Below are positions 11,207 to 16,541 of a stretch of DNA of 16,541 nt, in pieces. The position numbers and the translations under genes were made by a program. The DNA lies in the NCBI GenBank assembly GCA_030649345.1, contig JAUSKK010000012.1, positions 1-16,541 on the forward strand, written 5' to 3'. The notes under the pieces were generated by a model. It was not told the DNA's origin and made no database searches. It saw nothing but the letters and a program-made list of their open reading frames with translations. Origin of the DNA: Candidatus Iainarchaeum sp. Lineage in GTDB: Archaea > Iainarchaeota > Iainarchaeia > Iainarchaeales > 0-14-0-20-34-12. The stretch's first letter is position 1. Each line of letters opens with the position of its first letter.

Positions 11207-12987
11207 TATATTCCGTCTTTTTGATAACCTAACTTGTAATAATATTCTCTTGCACCTACACCTGCAATGACTAAAAGTTTTTTGCAGTCCAATTCTTCGC
11301 TGGCAATCTTTTCAGCTGTCTCTAGCAATTTTTTCCCCCATCCTTTGTGCTGCATGACTTGCTTTCCTAATAATTGAGTATCCAAAGGAACTGTGGTTCC
11401 AAATACATGGAGTTCTCGAATGCCTGCTGTTTTTGGAGTAATTTCCGGCCGGAATGGTTGTGACGGCAATCGCAAGCGTATGAATCCAAACAATAAATTG
11501 TTTTGTGTGTTTTCTAAAGAAATGAAATATTCTAGTCCTTGGCTGGAGTCATATTTTTCAATTATAATTTCTGCATTCTCTAATCCTGATTCAATTCCTT
11601 GCTTGTAAGAAGAAATTCCTGCTTCTCTACAGCGAATGCATTGGCAAACAATTTTTTTGTTTTTCAATTCTTCTTCCACCAATTGTCTTAAATTGTTTTT
11701 ATTAATTCCAGTGGACGCGAGTTTAACTGGAATGTCTCTTTGCACCCGATGAACTCTGCAGTATTTTTGAATATATTTTTTTCCTTCAGCAATAATTTCT
11801 GCAGCTGCTTCTGTTTCTAAAGGTGTGAATTCTCCGCGTTCCCATAATTTCTGTAAAGGAGTTCCAGGCATGACCATGCAAGGGTAAATTTTCAATCCAT
11901 CCGGCCGATAATTTGGATTGGCAAATAATTCTTGAAACATTTCAATATCTTGTGTTCGATTGCTTAATGGCTGGCCAGGCATAATGTGAAAAACAGTTTT
12001 CAAAAAACTATCCTTGGATAATTGCACAGCTTCCATGGTGTCTTGGATTGTATGGCCACGGTTGGTGTATTTTAATATTTTATCTTGCAGGCTTTGAACT
12101 CCAATTTCGACTCGCGTACAACCCAATTTTAGCATTTGATCTAAGTGTACTTGTTTGCACCAGTCTGGTTTGGTTTCAATGCATAAAGTAACACAACGAA
12201 TCTTCGCATGTTCATTTCGTTGATGTTCGTGTTCTAGATTTAAAATTCCTTTTTCGCTTAATAGTTTGTTTTTAATTTCTGTTCTAACTTTGGGATCGTG
12301 TTCATTTAAAGGCAAATTAAAATATTCTGAAAATTTTTCGAAGTCAATTTCTTGGGTTTCTGAATTGTAAAATTTTTCTCCAAAATCATTCATGGCTTTA
12401 AACGAACCCGTAATAAATTCTTCTTGATATCCTTTCGGGAAACTGGGGAATGTTCCGCCCATGACAATGAGTTCTACTTTGTCGGCTGTATGGCCTGTGG
12501 ATACGTATTGCGTTAATCGATTAATGGTTTGAAGATAGGCATCATAGTCATTCAAGATTGCGCGCATGCTAGCAGGTTCGTTTCCAGTATAACTTTTAGG
12601 AATGTCTCCAAAAAAACTATTTAAGCCACCTGGACAATAAATACAAGTTCCATGTTGGCAATTGATAGGCTTGGTCATAATGGCAACTGGCGTAACTCCG
12701 CTGAGAGTTCGCACTGGCTTAATGCCCAATATTTTGCTGAGTTGTTTAAAGTTTTTTCCAGTATATGCTAAAATATCAGGGTCTGAAGGCATTTCTGTTA
12801 AGTTTAATTCATGGCATAAATCCATTTTGAGTCTGTTAAGTTGTCGTTTGTTTTGAATTTGCCCAGAACCAATAGCTTCGACAATTGTCTGTGCAATTCT
12901 TCGTATTTTGTCTTGTTTCTCAACCGCGGTCTCGGTTGGTAGCACGTGGTGCTTAACAGCACCACTGTCTTTGTTTTGTTTCTGCAT
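11185..12987 (-). CDS. elp3: Elp3-family tRNA uridine(34) modification enzyme (radical SAM + GNAT acetyltransferase)
   Basis: 600 aa. It has the radical-SAM cysteine cluster CQHGTCIYCPGG, a conserved TIM-like core (VELIVMGGTF, RVEIGVQS) and a C-terminal GNAT region (QHKGWGKKLLETAEKIA). Residues about 5-25 are encoded by the inserted element at 12906-12983. Confidence 0.92.
   Translation of the reverse strand: MQKQNKDSGAVKHHVLPTETAVEKQDKIRRIAQTIVEAIGSGQIQNKRQLNRLKMDLCHELNLTEMPSDPDILAYTGKNFKQLSKILGIKPVRTLSGVTPVAIMTKPINCQHGTCIYCPGGLNSFFGDIPKSYTGNEPASMRAILNDYDAYLQTINRLTQYVSTGHTADKVELIVMGGTFPSFPKGYQEEFITGSFKAMNDFGEKFYNSETQEIDFEKFSEYFNLPLNEHDPKVRTEIKNKLLSEKGILNLEHEHQRNEHAKIRCVTLCIETKPDWCKQVHLDQMLKLGCTRVEIGVQSLQDKILKYTNRGHTIQDTMEAVQLSKDSFLKTVFHIMPGQPLSNRTQDIEMFQELFANPNYRPDGLKIYPCMVMPGTPLQKLWERGEFTPLETEAAAEIIAEGKKYIQKYCRVHRVQRDIPVKLASTGINKNNLRQLVEEELKNKKIVCQCIRCREAGISSYKQGIESGLENAEIIIEKYDSSQGLEYFISLENTQNNLLFGFIRLRLPSQPFRPEITPKTAGIRELHVFGTTVPLDTQLLGKQVMQHKGWGKKLLETAEKIASEELDCKKLLVIAGVGAREYYYKLGYQKDGIYVGKKLD
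12906..12983 (+). mobile_element. Compact member (48-nt core, 12921-12968) of the hairpin element family inserted in frame in the elp3 5' coding region, flanked by a 15-nt direct repeat (12906-12920 vs 12969-12983)
   Basis: Stem 1 is CAACCG (12921-12926) / CGGTTG (12933-12938). The shared 19-mer lies at 12934-12952. Stem 2 is GTGGTGCT (12946-12953) / AGCACCAC (12958-12965) with loop TAAC. The repeat offset is 63 nt, or 21 codons. The reading frame stays open across it (..MQKQ-NKDSGAVKHHVLPTETAVEKQ-DKIRR..). Confidence 0.65.
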
Positions 12988-13025
12988 ATATAATATAATA
13001 ATATAGGGAACATTTTATTTGTAGT
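12988..13025. promoter_or_regulatory. 38-nt divergent promoter spacer (ATATAATATAATAATATAGGG...TTTTATTT) between elp3 and the 13026 ORF
   Basis: It consists entirely of A/T-rich TATA-like sequence between two divergent ATG codons. The spacing implies very short or leaderless 5' UTRs. Confidence 0.4.
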
Positions 13026-13373
13026 ATGACCAAAAATCTAGTGGCTGTGGTTGGTGCTGGAAAAGGCACTTGGGGGCATTTAGCTCGATTAATTGATTCT
13101 GAATCTTTTGGAACAATTTTGCTGGTTAGCAATGATTTTGGAAAAGAAAACTTTAAGCCAGCCAAGCCAGTGGACTGGTTGTTGTTGAATTCTCGTTCTG
13201 GTTTTGAAGTTTTAAAAAATGCCATTAAAGAAAAATTGCCGGAAGGCGAATTAACTGTTTCTATTATTTCTGGCACAGGCAAAGAACACATGGCTTTATT
13301 GACTGCCATCAAAGAAGCTAAAGTCAAATTTGAATATGTGATCTTAACTGGCGACGGGACTAAATATTATTAA
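13026..13373 (+). CDS. Hypothetical small Rossmann-like protein, 115 aa
   Basis: Clean ATG-initiated ORF. It has an N-terminal beta-strand plus Gly-rich loop (LVAVVGAGKGTWGH) and a later ISGTGKEHMALLTAI, which weakly recalls the Gly-rich loop and [ST]xxx[KR] motif of CARF-like ligand-binding Rossmann domains. That resemblance is not secure. Confidence 0.55.
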   Translation: MTKNLVAVVGAGKGTWGHLARLIDSESFGTILLVSNDFGKENFKPAKPVDWLLLNSRSGFEVLKNAIKEKLPEGELTVSIISGTGKEHMALLTAIKEAKVKFEYVILTGDGTKYY

Positions 13374-13411
13374 TTTTTTGAATTCTTTTTTAAAAGTAGA
13401 TTGCTGTTAGT

Positions 13412-13834
13412 TTATTCTTTGGTTAAAGAAATTCCTTCAATAATTACATTGCCGGTTCCATCTTTGACTTTAACTTTGGGATGGTTTTCTTCTATTTCAA
13501 ACACGATTTTGTGTTGGGGCTGAACCAATGTTCTGTAGGCATTGTGATTGAATAAGCCTAAACACATAGTTTCTTTGCCTTTAACTTTGCATTTTCCTTC
13601 TTTGACTACATAGGTTTCAATTTTTCCTTTTCCTAAGCCTAAATTGAGAACACTATCTCCTTTTTCTGGTTTAACACTATACGTTCCTTCGGTTTGTTCT
13701 TCAGTAGTCATGTCAAATTCTTTCCAAAAACTAGTCCCGTGTCTGGAAAAACTTCCATTGTTTTTGAATTCAAAGTCTCGTTTATGATTTGGGCCTTGTT
13801 CAATCCATTTTCCAATAAATTCTGTGTTCGCCAT
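13412..13834 (-). CDS. Hypothetical protein, 140 aa, beta-rich (lipocalin-like feel); no family recognised
   Basis: ATG-initiated ORF with an AT-rich upstream region (TTTAAAAAG at about 13870). The Lys/Gly/Glu-rich alternating pattern suggests a beta-barrel. I recognise no motif. Confidence 0.55.
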   Translation of the reverse strand: MANTEFIGKWIEQGPNHKRDFEFKNNGSFSRHGTSFWKEFDMTTEEQTEGTYSVKPEKGDSVLNLGLGKGKIETYVVKEGKCKVKGKETMCLGLFNHNAYRTLVQPQHKIVFEIEENHPKVKVKDGTGNVIIEGISLTKE

Positions 13835-13883
13835 GTTTTTCCTTAATTTATTATTAGTTTAGTTTGTATTTAAAAAGCTAATT

Positions 13884-15467
13884 CTATGATCGCTCGTATG
13901 TTCTTTTTTCAATGGTTTGCTGAATGGGTGAATTTTCTTTTCGTTCTTCGAATGCAATTTGAATTAATTTTTCTCCAGCCGGTGTTGGATACTTTCCAGT
14001 CAAACAAGCAGTGCATAAGCTATTCTTGGGTTTTCCAATGGCTTCCACTAAATGATCTAAAGTTTGATATTGTAAAGAATCTGCTCCAATATAGTTTCGA
14101 ATGCGTTCCATAATTTCTTCGGATAATTCTTTTCCTGAAAATTCCTGTAATTCTTTTTTAGTCATAACATTGTTGGCAGTCAATTCATTCATGGTGCTCA
14201 TATCAATTCCATAAAAGCACGGAAATAATATAGGAGGGCAAACTACGCGCATATGCACTTCTAATGCTTTTCCTTCTGTGCGAATATAATTCACTAAAGT
14301 TTTAGCTGTAGTACCTCGAACAATACTGTCTTCGACCAAGATTACTTTTTTTCCACGCAATACTGCTTTATTTAATGTAAATTTGGCTTTGACTTTTTCC
14401 ATGCGTTTGTGTCCTTCAATAAACGTTCGGCCAATATATCGATTGCGAATTAATCCTTCTTGGCTGGGTAAACCCATCTGCAAAGCATACGCGTCTGCAG
14501 CTGGCTTGGCTGTATCTGGTACAGGAACTACAATTGTATTTCCGTCAAATTTTGTTTTTTCATTTTTAGCTAACAATTCACCTAATTTATAACGTGCATT
14601 GTAGACACTGGCTCCATCAAATTCACTGACTACGTTTGCAAAATAAACCCATTCAAACATGCAGTGCTTGAATTCTTTTTTGGGAGCAAATCGTTTTACT
14701 GTAATTGAACCATTTTCGATTTGAGCTAAATGTCCGGGTTCTAAAACTTTAATATCCTCTACATCCATGTTCGTTAATGCTGCAGTTTCACTGGCTGCAA
14801 AAACTACATCGTCTTTTTTTCCATACACTAAAGGCCGAAATCCAAATGGATCTCGAAATAAAGCAAGTCTTCCATCAGCGTCTACATAGGCTGAACTATA
14901 AGCACCGTCCCAGTCTTTGGATGCATTGCCTACAACTTCGCTTAAATCTTTTTTAATATCTCCAGCCATTTCGCGTGCAATAAAATGCATCATGACTTCA
15001 GTGTCTGTATCTGTAAACAAATGATAACCGTTTGAATTCAAATCTTTTTTTAATTCTGAAAAATTAGAAATCTGTCCATTGAATGCATAACTAAACCATT
15101 TCCATTTTCTTCCATGCATTCGTTCTATGGGCATGGCACTGCAAGTATCATTGGTTCCACAGGTTGCATAGCGTACACTTCCAATTCCTTTAATGCCGGA
15201 ATATTTTTGCATAATGCTTAAATGTTTTCCTTGATGGTGTGCACGAAAAGCAGTCGGCACAGTTCCTAAATCTTTAAAAGTATTCAATAATTCTTGTCGC
15301 TTTGGATTATAGGTTGTCAATCCAGCACTTAATTGTCCTCTATTTTGTTGTTGTAAAAGCAGGTTATAAATGTAAAAAGCAGCTCCGCCTACAGGATGTT
15401 TGTCTAATGAACTTTCCAGACTGACTGCAGCAATTCCGCAATTTTCGTTTAATTCTTCAGCAGTCAT
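13884..15467 (-). CDS. purF: Amidophosphoribosyltransferase (glutamine-PRPP amidotransferase, PurF family)
   Basis: An N-terminal propeptide precedes the catalytic Cys (NENCGIAAV), as in class II Ntn glutamine amidotransferases. The PRPP-binding PRTase loop is KKVILVEDSIVRGTT. C-terminal Cys residues (CTACLTGKYP) are typical of PurF. Confidence 0.9.
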   Translation of the reverse strand: MTAEELNENCGIAAVSLESSLDKHPVGGAAFYIYNLLLQQQNRGQLSAGLTTYNPKRQELLNTFKDLGTVPTAFRAHHQGKHLSIMQKYSGIKGIGSVRYATCGTNDTCSAMPIERMHGRKWKWFSYAFNGQISNFSELKKDLNSNGYHLFTDTDTEVMMHFIAREMAGDIKKDLSEVVGNASKDWDGAYSSAYVDADGRLALFRDPFGFRPLVYGKKDDVVFAASETAALTNMDVEDIKVLEPGHLAQIENGSITVKRFAPKKEFKHCMFEWVYFANVVSEFDGASVYNARYKLGELLAKNEKTKFDGNTIVVPVPDTAKPAADAYALQMGLPSQEGLIRNRYIGRTFIEGHKRMEKVKAKFTLNKAVLRGKKVILVEDSIVRGTTAKTLVNYIRTEGKALEVHMRVVCPPILFPCFYGIDMSTMNELTANNVMTKKELQEFSGKELSEEIMERIRNYIGADSLQYQTLDHLVEAIGKPKNSLCTACLTGKYPTPAGEKLIQIAFEERKENSPIQQTIEKRTYERS

Positions 15468-15506
15468 ACTGACTTATTTTCTAAACTGTTTATTAATTCG
15501 TCTATG

Positions 15507-16541
15507 CTATTCAACCCGATATCTTAGAATGGCAACCATTCCACCTAAGCCTAATAATTTTTTGCCGGGTTCGTTTTCTGTATTAAAAATATGGACTTTT
15601 CCGTTTCGTTTCTCGCATTGATTCATAATTTCTTCAATTTCGGTTTTGTTTTCAATCAATGTTTTATCTGCAATTAACAAAAAATCAATAGCCCCCAAAT
15701 TCAAAGCAGTCTTTACTTCTTGTAAACCATACGTAACCAAGCCAGTCTGGTTGCCCAATTCTTTTAAAGTTCGATCCATCAGCTGAGTTTCCACTGCTTG
15801 CTCTGTTTCTTTCAAAATAGACTGCATGCTTTTACTTTGCATGAGTTCTTCCAAACCAGTAACTCCTAAAGAAGAAATTCCTTCTCTATAAATTTTTCCA
15901 ACAAAACTTTTTTCCAAGAGTTTGTGCAAGTCTTCTTTTTCAAATCCTGGTCCTGAAATAATTAAAATTTTAGGATTCATTGTTTTGATTTTGGTTTCAA
16001 TTTCTGAAAAATATTTTTTTTGCCATTCTTCTTCTGCAAAATGTTTTCCTGTTTTTCCAGATTTAATGGTCAGCTTGTGTTCTGTTTTGAATTCTTTGAT
16101 TTCATAAAATTCTGCTTGCTCGTCATCTATCAATATTGCTAGTTTGCTTTCTTTGTGGACTGCTTCGACTGCTTTTTTTAATCGTTCTATTTGATAGTTT
16201 TTGATTTCTTTTTTTTGCAAAGTCAATGCTTGTCCTAATTCAATTTCTAATGAATGATGGCTTTGTTTGGGCGCTAAATCTTCGGGTTTTCCTGCCAAGA
16301 CAATTCCTTGAATTCGTAACAAATTTGAATGTTTGTCAAAGTCTGCTTTTTCAATTTGGAGTTCTAAATACAATTTTACTCTTCGGTCTTCTTGTCCTTC
16401 GTTTCCTTTAATTTTTCGAGTGGTACTTCCTTGAGCAATATCTCCTTTTTCAATAATTTGCATTAAATGCCATAAATCATCCAATACTTCTGGAACCAGA
16501 ATAATGACTTTTTCGTACTTGTTAATTTTAACAATTTTCAT
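15507..16541 (-). CDS. pelA: Pelota (aDom34) mRNA surveillance / ribosome rescue factor
   Basis: 344 aa. The N-terminal ...LVPEVLDDLWHLMQIIEKGD is the characteristic Pelota opening (e..dDlWhLyniI..GD). The C-terminal eRF1-like domain ends in ...GGMVAILRYRV. The ATG coincides with the last 3 bases of the window. Confidence 0.9.
   Translation of the reverse strand: MKIVKINKYEKVIILVPEVLDDLWHLMQIIEKGDIAQGSTTRKIKGNEGQEDRRVKLYLELQIEKADFDKHSNLLRIQGIVLAGKPEDLAPKQSHHSLEIELGQALTLQKKEIKNYQIERLKKAVEAVHKESKLAILIDDEQAEFYEIKEFKTEHKLTIKSGKTGKHFAEEEWQKKYFSEIETKIKTMNPKILIISGPGFEKEDLHKLLEKSFVGKIYREGISSLGVTGLEELMQSKSMQSILKETEQAVETQLMDRTLKELGNQTGLVTYGLQEVKTALNLGAIDFLLIADKTLIENKTEIEEIMNQCEKRNGKVHIFNTENEPGKKLLGLGGMVAILRYRVE

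Noticed and set aside
12906-12983. Reading the elp3 insert (and the 3'-end inserts) as archaeal bulge-helix-bulge introns spliced from mRNA
   Set aside because: A BHB needs the exon sequence upstream of the 5' splice site to pair with the intron sequence upstream of the 3' splice site. Here those segments are direct repeats, not complements, and I could not draw two 3-nt bulges around a 4-bp helix. RNA-seq would settle it, but the sequence does not support the idea.
2953-12983. Repeat offsets that are multiples of three (63, 69, 183 nt) as evidence for translational readthrough or hopping into the ghost ends
   Set aside because: Two other offsets, 97 and 113 nt, are not multiples of three. 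Three out of five is not unusual by chance. Reading past the real stops of rad50 and ef1b hits new stop codons within about 12 codons. Only the elp3 5' copy is genuinely in frame.
12804-13327. Minus-strand ORFs 12804-13013 and 12953-13327, and other short ORFs overlapping elp3 and the 13026 ORF
   Set aside because: They are out of frame with or antisense to better-supported genes, span the TATA-rich divergent promoter, and have implausible composition.
13374-13411. Possible ghost of the 13412-13834 gene end (ATTCTTTTTTAAAAG vs ATTCTTTGGTTAAAG)
   Set aside because: 12/15 identity in pure A/T sequence. The putative ghost does not preserve the reading frame or the C-terminal residues, and no hairpin insert lies between the copies.

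Overview
AT-rich, tightly packed archaeal window. By inference it comes from a small-genome, DPANN-like archaeon. Nearly all genes are housekeeping: a HerA-like ATPase tail, RNA polymerase subunit K/Rpo6, ribosomal protein eS17, a tRNA-dihydrouridine synthase, Rad50 with a CxxC zinc hook, aEF-1beta with its usual small Zn-ribbon neighbour, an intron-containing tRNA-Arg(UCG), class I CCA-adding enzyme, a FlaI/PilB-type secretion ATPase, Taw3/TYW3, Elp3, PurF and Pelota, plus four uncharacterised ORFs. I saw no CRISPR array, rRNA, transposase or integrase.

The main unexplained signal is in the spacers, not the proteins. A family of GC-rich, hairpin-forming mini-insertions sits in otherwise AT-rich DNA. 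Three copies share an identical 19-mer, GGTTGGTAGCACGTGGTGC. A fourth copy shares only the two termini and the fold.

Each insertion is bracketed by a 15-39 nt direct duplication of the host gene terminus. Downstream of rad50, ef1b, taw3 and elp3 this leaves a 'ghost' copy of the last 6-12 codons plus a stop codon. One copy sits in frame inside the 5' coding region of elp3, adding 63 nt (21 codons).

I read these as a previously undescribed MITE/REP/GC-cluster-like element family with long, variable target duplications. That reading is inference. Only the repeats, hairpins and ghost termini are seen directly in the sequence. All protein assignments come from motif recognition by eye, with no searches run.
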